This document shows, one piece after another, positions 31,063 to 47,222 of a stretch of DNA of 64,000 nucleotides. Origin of the DNA: the human T2T-CHM13v2.0 reference genome, Homo sapiens; the NCBI RefSeq assembly GCF_009914755.1, contig NC_060935.1. One strand, written 5' to 3'. Made by a program: the position numbers and the translations under genes. The notes beneath the pieces are model-generated. The model searched no databases and was not told where the DNA came from. It saw only the letters and a list, made by a program, of their open reading frames with translations. Every line of letters begins with the position of its first letter. The first letter of the stretch is position 1.

Positions 31063-33199
31063 ATTTTACTAACACCTAGTATAGCATCTGGTATATAGTT
31101 AGTGCTTGATAAATACTTATTGACTGAACGCGGTGAGGGGCTATTCATGGTGAAGCTGCAGAGGGCAAGTCTGTGGTCTGGAACCATCCTGAAGAGCTGT
31201 GAGAAATGACTTTGGGCTCACAGGGAAATCCTCACGTAGGGCAAGTCCTGGCTTGGGGTGCGCTCTCTTGAGGGGGTATTTGCTGTGCTCGCTCTGACTG
31301 TGTTTCCTGCACATGGCCGTGTGTTTTCAGGCAGTGAGAACCACCACATTGCCTTAAAGTCTGTCTCTGAGCTTAATCTCATTTGCAAAAGGTGGCATTT
31401 CATTTAATTGTTCTCTGAGATTCTTTCTGGCTTTGATATTTTCCTCATTTTTTTTTTGCCAACTGGTAAATTAAGGGGTGATATTATGTTCATGAGAAAG
31501 AGAGTTTTCCACAGTTTCTTTTTAGTAGGGAGCCCCTCCCAAAACAGCAAAGCATATTCGCTCATTGACAAAGTGGGTTCACCAGGACAGAGTGGCACAC
31601 AGAGGTAAACAGTAGATAGGTTCTCGCTGCCAAGGATCAATCAGAAAGGGAAATAAGCTCTCTAAACTGATATTATAAGGCAGTGAGATTATGATTATCA
31701 TCCTTTTAGCAAAGAGAAAGGAAAGGGCATATGTGTATTTTTCTCTGTAGAATGGTCATGGCTCCAGTGAAGGAGATAGTAGTGAATGCTAAGTTCTAGT
31801 CCAAGGTTATTCTCTCCTTGTTTCCTCATCTGGAAAATGGGCAGCCTGAATTCATCAGCAAAGTAGTTCAGGAGTTCTGTAGGTGAAGCATCTTGAGCAA
31901 ACTCAAAAGTCAAGTGAGTGAGCTGAGATTCCATGAACTGGGCCTCTCTTCCGGGAGTGCTCGTAAACTAGATTTCAGCTTTCCTTCTGAGGTGAGCAGT
32001 CCAGGGAGGATAATAAGCCTGCTAAATATAGTGAGAACACAGTCTTGAAAGGGGACAGTGAGAGGCAATTTGCATACCTAGCATTTAGGCCATGCAAAGG
32101 GATGGTTTGGGAAAACCTTGTTCTCCTTGGACCTCAGGAGGCTGTCTTTGACTTCCTCAGTTTCGTCATATAGTTCAGGGGAGTGCCTGGCTCCTTCTGT
32201 CCTCACAGTTGAAGGACAGGATATTTGTTTTATGCTATATTGTAGAATTTTAAAAACGCTTCTTTGTATTTCACTGCTAGTGAAGCAGAGAAATGAATCA
32301 GACTGCCTTATTTGTCCTCCTTGTACTGCGTTTTGGGAGGAGGCTGTGTAGGAGTTGTGAGGACTGCAAGCTGTGGGAGTCTAGGACATCCTGATTTTTG
32401 GGTTTGACCAATTTGAAAGAGGTGTAGAGAGGGTACCTGTGACCCATTCTATTCAGTGGCCCCACCTCCTGCATAAGCCTCAACAACTATACAGATTTCG
32501 GTGGTTTTATTGGAAACTTCTCATCATTGGCTTAGACTTGCAACCCTAATTCCCCCAGAAGTGCTCTGTGTGAGCTAACAGGTAAGAAATGATTAAAGAG
32601 CCTACAGGGTGCCTGGCACCTAGCAGACCTCAGTGCCTACTTCATCCGCAAGTGAACGCATGAGTAATCAGTCCCTTCATCCAAGCCATTGACTTCCTCC
32701 CCTCTATTTATAACAACCCAGAACTTGAGGACTGGGTGGTAGCAGGTCCTTCCCCTCACTCTGAATAATAGGAGGTGAATCATTTCACCTCTCCGGGTTG
32801 CCAGGGCACGCAGGGGGCTGAGGGACAACACTTGTGGGGTGATATGGACTTGTTCGATGAAGATGCCGAGGCGAGTCAAGGTGTGGGTGGCATCCACTGT
32901 TGTGAGCTGGCGGTGGATGCTAGCCTTGGGCCTGCGGCTGTTTCTCCAGCTGGGGACAGGGAGGCCTGTGCGGATGCTGTGGCTCTGCAGATGCCGCTGA
33001 CAGCACTTTGAAGGATTGGTTTGGCCAGAGACCCAGTCCACAGCCTGCCTCCTGTATGACTCATTCTAGCTGCATATTTTGGTAGCATGAGGGCTTGAGA
33101 TGAGATAAAAGGAGCACTTCTTAAGAGTGGAAGCTCCTAGGTTCTTGATTAGCACTTGAGAAATATAATGTTCTCTGCAGGTCCTAGAGGCCTTAAAAA

Positions 33200-34013
<814 letters not shown>

Positions 34014-35122
34014 GGGTGTGTCTTTTAAAAAAGACTGATTCCTGGGCTCCAGGCAGAGGGCGACAGAGCCGGTAGGCGTGGAGTGGGGCCTCTTAGGTGA
34101 TTCTGACCTTCAGTGGGGCATGGGACCCCCCTAGGCCAGGTGATCTTTGGGGGGTGGGGTGGGAGGAGTTATCTTGACTCTTAACGACCTGCCAATGAGC
34201 CAGATGCTGTTTGTTGTTTATGATGCAGTTTCTGTGTTCAGAGGTTTCTGTGGCATGTAATTTTTCTCTGTTTGCCTTCTGAGGGGAGGCACTCGGCCCC
34301 TCCCTGCTGCCTTAACAGCTCCAATTAATTGTGTCTCATTTATCAAGCTCCAGCTATGCCCTGTGAGCTAGACAGGGGAGAGGGAAGGTTGTTCACACCC
34401 CGGGGTTGTGGTTATAGCTGATTGCACGTCAAGGTTATGTTCCTGGGAAAACCACCCTCCCACCCACTCCCAGGCCAGTGTCTTCTGGGTGTGGGACCTG
34501 TGTGGGGGATTGGCGATGGAAAAAGGCTTGGGGAGGAGGAAAGGGGAGATCAGGGGGAGATCCTTGGGGATGGATGGAAAAGGAACCAAACAAACCGGAA
34601 GCCACTGATTAAGTAAAGGGATCTAGGGACCTGTGGGTTGTTCTTGATTGCTGGGGTCTGCCCTGGGCTGCTGGTGTCTTGGCCACATGCCATGGAGAGC
34701 TAGCAGGAAAAGCCTGCTTTGTTGACTTCTTTTCTTTCCCCTGGGGGTGAGGATGGGGGCAAGGTGGAGACAGAGGAGACAGGTGAGGCCAGAGGGTAGA
34801 ATGCATGTCTTGATAATAAAATTTACTTCCTGTCAGCCTGCCTGCTGGCTCCCCTGTCCTGCGCGCATCCATTCCTGATTCCTGCAACTAGGTCTGCTGT
34901 GGGGGGATGGGCACCCGGGCTGCCTTGGGGATCAGCTGTGACTCACCAGGGAGTTATTCTTATGACCAGGATGTGCCTGACATCTCGCCAAGCAAAGGAG
35001 CTGAGCTGTTCCTGCGAGTGCCTGGTGGCCCTCGTACAAGTCATTTCTTGCCAGGGATTTTATCCCCCTACTGGGCTGCCCCTTTTCAGTCTGCTCTTAT
35101 GAGTAAAAGGGACATCTAATAA

Positions 35123-35433
<311 letters not shown>

Positions 35434-36564
35434 GGAGTTTTTCTTTGTAGAAAAGCCCTTGGATGTTTTGAGGCTTGCCCTTGGTGCTCTTCTCACCTTT
35501 CACCTGCCTTGGGATTGGTGAGGAGGTCTCCTGTCCTCTGAGTAGATCGATTTCAGCAAGTTATCTTCAGACCTTTTGCCCACTCTGATCACTGAAAGCT
35601 TTGCAACCTACTCAAAGCATTATCTGAGTGTTACCTGCCAGAGGGAGCATTTTGATGTCATCTTTGAGGATGCCCAAGTTGAATATTTGAGGACTTTTTA
35701 TCCCAGATCCCAGGGGAACATGGGTGATTTTTTTTTTCTAGGTTCCTAGTCCTTTATTGTATTGACATTTGCATAGTTTTCTATCCCCACTCTGGTTCAA
35801 GAGTGCAGATGTTTTGGGAGGGGAGGAAACTTTTAGCTGGGATTCCCAGGGCACATGTGTTGTGAGTTTCTGATCTCCAGATGGATCCAGGGGATTGGGC
35901 TGGAGAGGAGGAAAAGGGAAGGCTTCAGCGACCGGAGGAGATTCCTTTAGCTGCTTTCTCTTTGTAGCATTCTGGATTAAATAATTTATTTACTTCTATT
36001 TCTTATTTGCACTTCTCTGTTAGTGCTTGCCTGGACTTCTCTATCTGGGAATGAGGAGAGACATTTTGGAAGGACACATATTCCTAGGTCCTTTTCTTTA
36101 AAGTAAGGTCGCCTTTCAAATGTTTTTCAAAAAGAGTTTGATCCTGGATCAAATTAAATGCAGGTATTTAAAACTCCAAGTAACGTCGTTAAGGATTAGC
36201 TGCTTTGTCCTTCTGCCAGCCAAATATGTGGCACAGGTGTTTCTCTTTTCCCTGATGACATCTGAGAGCACCTCAAGGAGTGGGTGGGGAAAGTTCGAGT
36301 GTGCTGGGGGGAGGAAGCGAGAGAAGGAGAAAGGAGCTGTGGGTTTTCTGCCGCAGAGCCTTGATGAGAAGACAGCTCGGAGGGCAGGTTGGCCCAGGCT
36401 TGAACTGTCATCAGTCTAGGCTTACTCGTGGGTGGGGTGGACTGTGCGGGCTGGAGTCCCAGAAGCTTGATTTCCTTCCACGTGTGCCTCAGACAGCTGA
36501 GGTTGAGGAGGCTGGTGGAATAGGCTTCTCTCAGACATCGCTCAGCAAGAGAGGCAGCCTGTGA

Positions 36565-36908
<344 letters not shown>

Positions 36909-38194
36909 AGCTCTCAGAATTTTTGTTATTCCTGTCATGACTTTGCTTTCCACAGAGTGGGTGGAATGTATGGTTCAGGTGTTCAAATGCCAGTCCTCAG
37001 ACAGGTGTCCATCAGCCAACAGTGAAATAAGAAAATAAAAGTAATGTAGTTTTCCATACAGTGAAACAATGGTTCTTTATTCTGAGATGATATGCTTCCT
37101 CAGTTTTCAGTGTTAACACATCTTTGAAAAAATGACAATGACTCTAGATAGTGGTCATATTGCCCTGTAAGGTGAGCTGCGTAACAGACAAATCCCAAAG
37201 GCTCAGCGTGTGGCTGAGTTGAGGCTCCGGGTTATGAGAAGTTCAGGATGAGTGCTACTGGTTAGCGGAGGTCTTTTCCATGGGGATGCAGCCTCCTTCC
37301 GTCTTCGGCTCTGCCCTCCTCTGGGGCTTTGGAGTCCTCTGAATGCGGCCTGCGGATGGGGAAAGAAAAGAGGACTGCATGGGGGCCAGGCCGATAGTGG
37401 CCCTGATGACTTCTCTCACATTACACCTGCTGGAACTCAGTCCCAGGCCACACCTTCTGCCCCACAGCCTGGACCAGAGTCTGCGGTGTCCTCAGGAAGC
37501 AGAGGAAAGAGATTGAGAGAGTAGCTAGTCCTGTTTTTGTGATGTCCTTACTTGGCAGAATAGAAGTTGCCAACCAGTCCTCTGTTGGCCTTCCTCATTT
37601 TTATTTTATCGGTTTACCAAATCTAAAAGTCTGAGAACTAAAATATTTCCTTATTTGAGACCTTTCAAAAATAATTTTGAAAAGCTTCACAATGATACTT
37701 CTCTCATTTCTTATTACCAGCTGAAAGTGAATGACAGTACCACCAAGCCAGAAAAAACATAGTTGGAACAGAAGTTTGAAAAGCATGTGATCTTTCTGGC
37801 CTATGAATTTTTTTTGAACAAGGGCAATGTTTCCATGCTTTGGTTTAAAATCTTACCAGTGCATGTCATACATAGAGTAAGGATCAGAGTAACCAGAGAT
37901 TGGTATCATAAAGGATGAAAATAATCAAAGGAATTGGTTATGCCAATGAGAGCCCAAGAAGCTTTTCTACAATCTCTTTACATCCAAAATAGCAGGGGAC
38001 TCATTTCTTTGTGGGGAAGTTGAGTGTGACAGAATATGCATGAGGTGGGAGGGGAAGAGGCCACCTTGGCCCAAATGCTTTAGATGGCAGAATCTTCATC
38101 ATTTCTGCTTGACAAAGGAGGAAAGAGTCTTGATTTAGAATGTGTGTGGCCATCACTTATCGTGGGTCCTAATTCCTACATTGATCTCTTTCAG

Positions 38195-38311
38195 GTTAGT
38201 CTGAATGATTCCCACAATCAGATGGTGGTGCACTGGGCTGGAGAGAAAAGCAACGTGATCGTGGCCTTGGCCCGAGATAGCCTGGCATTGGCGAGGCCCA
38301 AGAGCAGTGAT
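38195..38311 (+). CDS. SORL1: SORL1 exon 2 ([39 protein letters not shown]), start of VPS10p domain
   Basis: tctctttcag| acceptor, GAT|GTAAGT donor; 117 nt, phase 0/0, continues the exon 1 frame. Confidence 0.97.
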
Positions 38312-38838
38312 GTAAGTGTTGTGTTGGCTCTGGGCACACCTTGGTGCCATCAACATGCCCTTTTCTGGTCCACTGGGATTATCATACTGGAAAAAGTAGT
38401 GGGTAATTGGAACATGGAATGGATGAATTGTATGACAGGGAAGATAATCTAGAAAATGATATATCCCTTGTTTGCTGAACACAGGGAGGTGCAGTCAGTG
38501 TTGCAAACAGATCCATGCAATGTGTGATTACCTTTGGGAAGTAATAGCATATGGACTGGATTGTTGCATCTGCCCAAGAAAATACCAGAGTGCCTTCCTG
38601 GGCAGAGCTGCCTGCCTGCAGCTGAGCCCGATGGAATCAAATTGGCCTTTCCCATATGCTGGTTTCTTCTAACCCATTATAGTGGGATGAGCTGTTGAAA
38701 CTGATTCTCTAATATTCTTAATTTCTATAGCTGGGTATTTGTGATCTTTAGTAGGTGAGGTACTTTGAAGACTCAAGATGCCAAGGGTTATAAACTCAAA
38801 GGCCTGTGGGAGGCCGGGCAGGTAAAGGACAGGAGTGA

Positions 38839-39176
<338 letters not shown>

Positions 39177-40185
39177 ATTACAACACTCTACCTCCTCAGA
39201 GAAATATGGTTTCTCCCATTTTTCTTGAAGTCTGTGGCCTTGTTGGACAATATATGTCATTTCCACTTTTGATGGAGATGCACATTCAAGAAACATTCTC
39301 CCATATCTTAATTTGAACATACTAATGGATACTTGGTTCCTGTGTTGGAGAGACGTGGGGAAGGGGAAGGGCCTTTGGGGACCGGGAGAAGCATGCTTCC
39401 GAGGAGCATTGACTGTCAGCTCCAGGCTCTGGTTGCCGTGCAGGATGCTGGGCCCAGTGTTGCCACATCTTCTGGTTTTCCAGAGGAACCCAGAGGTCTG
39501 GAGTTTCATGTGAAAACTGCTGAGTCTTACAAGTTGGCAGCCAGTGTATAGTTTTTACAGACACCACGTGAGCCAGGTAAAACACATGTAAGGGCCAAAG
39601 CTCGCCCAACGGCTGGTCCCAGGTCTGCGGCCTGTGCTCTGGACTCCTCCTTGTGGGTGAGAGGAGCAGCCCCTGCCTCAGCCTGGGGTCTGACACTGTG
39701 GCAGCGCGAGGCTGCAGACGGAACACCATGCTTTACAGCTTCGGTCACCCTGCATTCTGGCCGGGGGAACCTTCTGATGAATTTGCCAGCACTTTCACAC
39801 TAGCCTTAAGGATACATTTATAATTCTTGAATGCGGATTTGGTCTCTGTGAGGTCCCTCTCTGTATATCCACTGTCTGGGTTGGGTGTGTTGAGAAGCAG
39901 GTGTTGGGAAGTTGTCTCAGGGACTGTTTCCAGGGAGTTGAATTAGGGCAGCCACAGAAGGGAAGACAGAAGGGCTGGCTGTCAGGATGCATGACTTTGC
40001 CCGGGGTGGGTTCTGAGCCATGCTGTGTGGGAGACCACCGCTACTGATGGCCAGTCTGGGTGTAGTGCTCTGGGGCAGGGCTAGACTTGTTTGGGGCAAT
40101 GACTTTGGCCCATTTATAAATATGATCAGGTTTTGCAAGTAAAAGCTGTGGCCACCACAGACAGCTGTGTCTGAATGCCTTTGGT

Positions 40186-40358
40186 GGCCGGGTGTGGTGG
40201 CCTGCTCCCATAGCCCCAGCTACTCAGCAGGCTAAGGCAGGAGGATCCCTTGAGCCAAGGAGTTCAAGGCTGCGGTGACCTATCTTCGTGCTACTGTACT
40301 TCAGCCTGAGTGACAGTGAGACCCTCTCTCTAGAAAAAATAAAACAAAAAATAGAAAA
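40186..40358 (+). mobile_element. Alu right-arm monomer (FRAM or truncated AluJ)
   Basis: Single monomer with TSD gaatgcctttgg. Confidence 0.85.
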
Positions 40359-40695
40359 GAATGCCTTTGGCCCTGTGAGACTCTTCATAGACACCTGTGT
40401 GTAGTCCCTGCCCATGGGCATATCCCTCCTGGGCACAGGAGATATATATACTGTGCTATACTGTGTTGAGAAATCCTTCTTGGAATTTTTATGCGTTTAA
40501 AAAAACTCTTAATCCAGACAACATTTTTTGTGAGGTAGATAAAGACCTTAAGCATTGTTTTATAGTTTTGCTGGACAAACAGGAGCCAAGAGGTGTAAAG
40601 AGACTTGCATGAGGTCACTCAGCATGTCAGTGGGAAGGTCGGGGCTGATGAGAATCAAGGCCCAATCATGTACTCAGTGTGCGAAGATGTGGTAT

Positions 40696-40790
40696 TAGGG
40701 TGACCAACTTGTCTAGGTTTTAGCACTAAAAGCCCCACATCCTGGGATCCTCCCTTAATTCTGAGTGAACCAGGGTGGTTTGTCACCCTA
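40696..40790. mobile_element. MER81-like hAT-Blackjack MITE
   Basis: Terminal inverted repeats TAGGGTGAC...GTCACCCTA. Confidence 0.7.
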
Positions 40791-40853
40791 AGTATTGCCA
40801 GTCTATTGAAACCCAACTCTTGCTCTCTCTGTATATTTGGGTGTGTCTAACTA

Positions 40854-41242
<389 letters not shown>

Positions 41243-41799
41243 CTATACAAACTGTGTTAAAGGATTGGCAGATGCAAGTGAGATGCCTGATGTAAAAAGT
41301 TAATGTGAAAAGAAATGATGACTCAGAGGCAGTAGTTGGGGTAATAACAATCCAAATTCTCTTTAAAGAAGACTGAGCATGGTTTGTAAGGTCCCATCAG
41401 CAGTCCAGAAGGGAAAGAACCTAAACAAATCAGGAACTGTGTGGGTGTTGGTGAGCGGCCAAAGTCATGCATATTCAGTATCTAAAAAGGGATGGCTCTG
41501 GAAGCTGGAATCCAGAAAGTCTTGCTCTCAAACGGGGAAAAAATGAATCATTTATCCACTGATGAAGTTGAAGCCAGTGTGATTCCATGAAGAGAACGGC
41601 TCCTGCAGGACTCATCTGTCCTGTGATAAATCAACAAAAGAATTAATAGATGTTTATCTCACCTTTTCCTAACTCTTTGTTTCTGCTCTCTCATGATGTA
41701 TTTTACAAAGTACTAGGTTTACAAAGTGCTCAGGTGCAACATAATTGGCTGAAGAGCTGTCCAGGGGTACAGTCCACCAGAAGATCAGAATCAACCAGG

Positions 41800-42110
<311 letters not shown>

Positions 42111-42379
42111 TCAACCAGGGAAGATACTGTGCAGGATAGGACTTTCTGCTTTTGTCCCTAGAGCAGTGTGACATCATGATTGTACCCCTCAGGACTGACT
42201 GGGGAGCAGTGTCAGTTCTTGCTAACAGAGGGAGGCCGATGTCTGGCTGAGCACAGGCTCTGAAATCAGAACACCTGGGCTGGAATCCCGGATGTGCCAT
42301 TCATTAGCAATCTGACCTTGGGCCAGGTGATGTACCTTCTCTTGTCCTCCTCTGTCACTGACATAGTGCTTGTTAAACC

Positions 42380-42580
42380 TTGCTACCCAAAGTGTGGTTG
42401 TGGTCTGTGGATCAGCCCTTGGGGATTTTCTGGGAGCTGGTTAGAAAAGAATCTCAGGTCCCATCCGGACTTCTTGAATCAGAACCTGCACTTGACCAGT
42501 GTCTTGCCGGGGCCAGGGGGCAGGTAGGGGGCGGAGAGGGGGCAGTCTGTGGGCATATTACAGTTTGAGAACATTGCTGT
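42380..42580. mobile_element. MER5A-like DNA transposon relic
   Basis: ccaaagtgtgg...gaatctcaggtcccatcc...tgaatcagaacctgca...agtttgagaac. Confidence 0.55.
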
Positions 42581-43163
42581 AAAGTACTTAGAACAGTGCC
42601 AGATATGGGGATGTTTTCTGTACATTTTAGCTGTCATCTGTTTCTCCCCTTTCTCTCCCTCCTCTTTATTATTACGTAGTTTTGAGGTACAAGGGAAAGA
42701 ATTAAAAATCACTCACTTTCAAGGACCATCTTTGTAGGTAAAAAAGGATCTAACCAGAAACCGTGGGCAGTTCAGTAACTCCTCCCCTGTGCTATTTTGC
42801 TTTTTAGGGAGTAGCATCATATTGAGGTCAGAGGGGACTATTTAGTGCAGAAATCCCGTCTGGATGAAAAACCAACTAGGAGCACAAGATGAGTGAGTCC
42901 GGGGTGTTCTCTCAAATTCACCTGGAGATGGTATTGGACTGTGAGTCAGCAGCATGGTGCTGCCATGAAGAAAAGACAGCTAGAAAGGAAAGCGCAAGTC
43001 GGGGTGGAGCCACCAATCCGCTTGAGCTAACTGCACACTGGCAGAGGCCTTTTCTGGGCTGTTCAATGTGGGGGAAGATAGATAACTGTGCACCAGCTTT
43101 AAGCATTGTCCTTGTTCTATGGAGCTTATAGTCTATGCTAATTAAGTAGAAATAAGAATTAAG

Positions 43164-43472
43164 GACTGGGTGCGGAGGCTCATGCTTGTAATCCTAGCAC
43201 TTTGGAAAGCTGACGTGCGTAGATTGCTTGAGCTTAGGAGTTGGAGACCAGCCTAGGAAACCCCATCTCTAAAAAAAATACAAAAATTTAGCTGGGCATG
43301 GTGGCGCCTGCCTGTAATCCCAGCTACTCAGGAGGCTGAGGTGGGAGGATCGCTTGAACCTGGGAAGATTGCTTGACCCCGGGAGGTCAAGGCTGCAGTG
43401 AGCTGTGCTTGTGCCACTGTGCTCCAGCCTGAGTCATAGAGCAAGAGCCTGTCTCGTCAGAAAAAAGAGAAA
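43164..43472 (+). mobile_element. Alu (J-like) with a small internal duplication
   Basis: Dimer containing ggatcgcttgaacctgggaagattgcttgacccc. Confidence 0.9.
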
Positions 43473-44872
43473 GAAATAACAATTATGAAGGTAGGATAAA
43501 ATGTCATGTTGGAATTTTTCAACCTGGCCAAGGGAAGGAAAGTTGATGAGTGGTTCATGATGGCCTTCAGGCATAGGACGGACTCTTACATACTTGCTTT
43601 TCACTTCTGTTAAGTAGAAGACCCAAAGAGATGGATTTTGTTTGTAGGTGAGAATTAGGGAAGAGCTCTTTGATAGTGAAGGTGGTTTTACCTCCATGTG
43701 CACGATGGCAGCGGCATGGCTGAGAATCTCAGGAAGGCTTTCTACTTGGTTAATGTGGGTCTTTTCTCTCTGCGGGCCAGCACTCCTTCCAGTGCTTGGC
43801 CTGTAGACTTGGTATAAGACCTTCCTACTTAGCAGAGAAACGTTAAGATGGAGAAGAGAACATTCTCCTAGAGGTAACTTGTTGGAGTAGAGAGACAACT
43901 GGACGTGGAATTGGAGGAAACTGTCATAGTTTTGTCTCTTACTAGCGGTATGACCCGGAGCTAGCCATTCACTTCTGGGAATCTTAGTTTTTGTTTATCT
44001 CTTAAATGGAAATCTCTTAGTGACTCACTGATTCATTCAATTCATTCTTTTCTATTCATTTATTTATCACATTTGTTTACTTGCTCTTTGGTTTATAATG
44101 ATATTTATTCATCCTAGAAATCTTTGTTGAGCACCTGCTATGCCCCAGGTACACTGAAAGAGACAAAGGTGAGACTAACTCCGGTTTTTCAGATGAAGAG
44201 AGAGAATGTTTGTAAAGGAGTATTACATACTGAAAAATGCTACCTTAATGTAAACTATCACCTTTGTGCCCCTGAAGATATACGTGGGGGGTTATCAAAT
44301 TATGGGATGTCAGAGCTGGAAGGGACTTTAGTTTCCTTCCTGAGAAGCCATTATTTTGCTCCATGTGATGTTTGAACCTAACCGGGACACTAATGTCCAT
44401 TCTTGGCCGGCAGAATAGAAGTGAGAAAGTGCTACTTCGTCATTTTACCCACTCAGATTATCTGTGAACTCTCAGCCTGCACAATTTCTGAAGCTGCTTT
44501 TGTGGCAGCTCCTTACTGTGTATCTGGTAGTTGGGAACACATACTGTGTGTTCCAATAGCTTCTTCAACTGTGACCCAGATAAAGGCAGAGGCTCTGTCT
44601 TGGCCTCTTCTAACCTTAACATCTAGTAAGTATTAAAGACGTGCATGTGCTCTCTGTTCCCTTTCTACATACCTTGTGTTTACATAGGGCATTGTTTGCA
44701 GACATTTACATGTTTACATGCCCATCGTGTCTAAAGACTATGTCTTTTATTAGTCTTTGTCTGTCTGGTGTCTAGACAATACCTGGCTCACATGGAACCC
44801 TCAAAACATGTTTGCTGATGACTCAGACAAGCAAGGATTGGAATACACCCTGCTCCACTTTGAATTCACCTG

Positions 44873-45009
44873 CCCTTCCTTCCCTCCCTCCCTTCCTCCC
44901 TCTCTCCCTCCCTTCTCCTCCCTCCCTTCCCTTCCCTCCCTCCCACGCTTCCTCCCTCCCTCCCTCCCTCCCTTCCTTCCTCCCTTCCTCCCTCCCTTCC
45001 TTCCTTCCT
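44873..45009. repeat. (CCTT/CCCT)n polypyrimidine tract at the tail of an antisense AluJ
   Basis: ~135 bp almost purely C/T, abutting the Alu 3' end. Confidence 0.9.
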
Positions 45010-45280
45010 CGCTCTGTCACCCAGGCTGGAGTACAATGGTGTGATCATGGCTCACTGCAGCCGGAAACTCCTGGGCTTAAGTGATCTTCACACCTCAGCT
45101 TCCCAACTAACTGAGACTACAGGCTCAAACCACCAAGCCAGGCTCATTTTTATATTTTCTGTAGATATAGGGTCTCACTCTGTTGCCCAGGCTGGTCTCA
45201 AACTCCTGGCCTCAAGCCATCCTCTCACCTCAGTCTCCTAAAGTGTTGGGGTTACAGGCGTGAGCCACTGCTCCTGGCCT
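45010..45280 (-). mobile_element. Alu (J-like)
   Basis: Diverged antisense dimer. Confidence 0.88.
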
Positions 45281-45922
45281 CATTTTTCTTTAATGCTCAT
45301 CCTAATCCCCTTTTCCATGAATCATTTGAAAAATAACTAAGTTATTTTAATATATTCACCTATCAGGCTTGTTTTTAACCCCGTGATTATATTAATTATT
45401 TCACATCTCACAGGTAGGTACATCTCACAGTATTGTCACGTCACTCAGCACTCTTTCATTTCCATCTTGGGCTACGTGGTGGAGACCCATGAGAGTTTTC
45501 TTCTCTTTTGTATGGAATGCTGTACAAACAGAACTTCCCAGAAGAAGAATGAAGAATTAGATACGTTTTGGGCACCATTCAACAGATGGCAAAACAAATC
45601 CTCCGTTCCATTCCCCTCAGCTAGCCACATTCTCCCCCTTCTGGATGTAATTTGTTAAACACTGAACTCAGCCCCGGTGAGGAGGTTATTACTGTTTCTA
45701 TCATTTGTCTCCTGCTCCAGGGACTTGCCTTGGCCTCAGAAAAGAGGCTTGTGTATTCCAGGCAGTGGGGACTGCAGGGGTCCCATGCTTTCTGCCCCCA
45801 CATGCTTGGGGACAGACATAGAGGTGCCCTGCCTCACCTTTGTGTGTTATCTGGTAACATCTGTCATTTCCTATCAGGCACCTAATGGGAGCCACGTTCA
45901 GGATCCAGGATGGGATGTTTGA

Positions 45923-46426
<504 letters not shown>

Positions 46427-46789
46427 GTAAGGAAGTGGCCATCCCTCCTGTCCCGACTTCATGGGACTGGGTTTTGGAAAGATTGCCGCACTTAAGGGGG
46501 TGCTAGGAGATGGCGCTCTCTGTGATCTTTGTAGCATGACTGGTGGCTAGTGAGTTTTTGTGCTAACCTGGGCATTTGTGACAGGCTGCTGTTCTCAGGG
46601 TTGGTCTCTGCACAATCAGGCAGGCCAAGGACTGGTCAGGCAGGATTTCTAGACAAACAATGACAGGTTAAACCACAGAAAATCAGCCAACTCTTGTAAT
46701 ACCTTGCCCGACTTGCAGATGGCAAAAATGTTTCCCAGGTACACTGAGAATAACCTTGCAATCAAATTCATGTTTTCTAGGATACTATC

Positions 46790-47222
46790 AGTGTGTCTGC
46801 TTGCGTGCTTATGCGTGCTTGTATGCGTGTGTGTGCATGTACGTGCTTGTGTGCGTGTGAGTACCTGTGTGCGTGTGGGTACCTGTGTGTGTGTGCTTGT
46901 GTGCATGTGGGTAACTGTGTGTGTGCTTGTGTGCGTGTGAGTACTTGTGTGGATGTGCATGCTTGTGTGCGCGTGAGTACCTTTGTGTGTGTGCTTGTGT
47001 GCGTGTAGTTACTTGTGTGCGTATGGGTACCTGCGTGTGTGTGCTTATGCACGTATGGGTACCTGTGTGTGTGCTTGTGTGTGTGTGCAGATACCTGTGT
47101 GCATGCATTGGTACCCACGTGCGTGTGTGGGTACCTGCGTGCGTGCGCATGCTTGTGTGCACGTGGGTACCCACGTGCGTGCGCATGCTTGTGTGCACGT
47201 GGGTACCTGCGTGCGTGTGTTG
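46790..47222. repeat. Imperfect GT/GC-alternating minisatellite
   Basis: Recurrent gtgtgtgcttgtgtgcgtgtg(g/a)gtacct motifs over ~430 bp. Confidence 0.9.
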
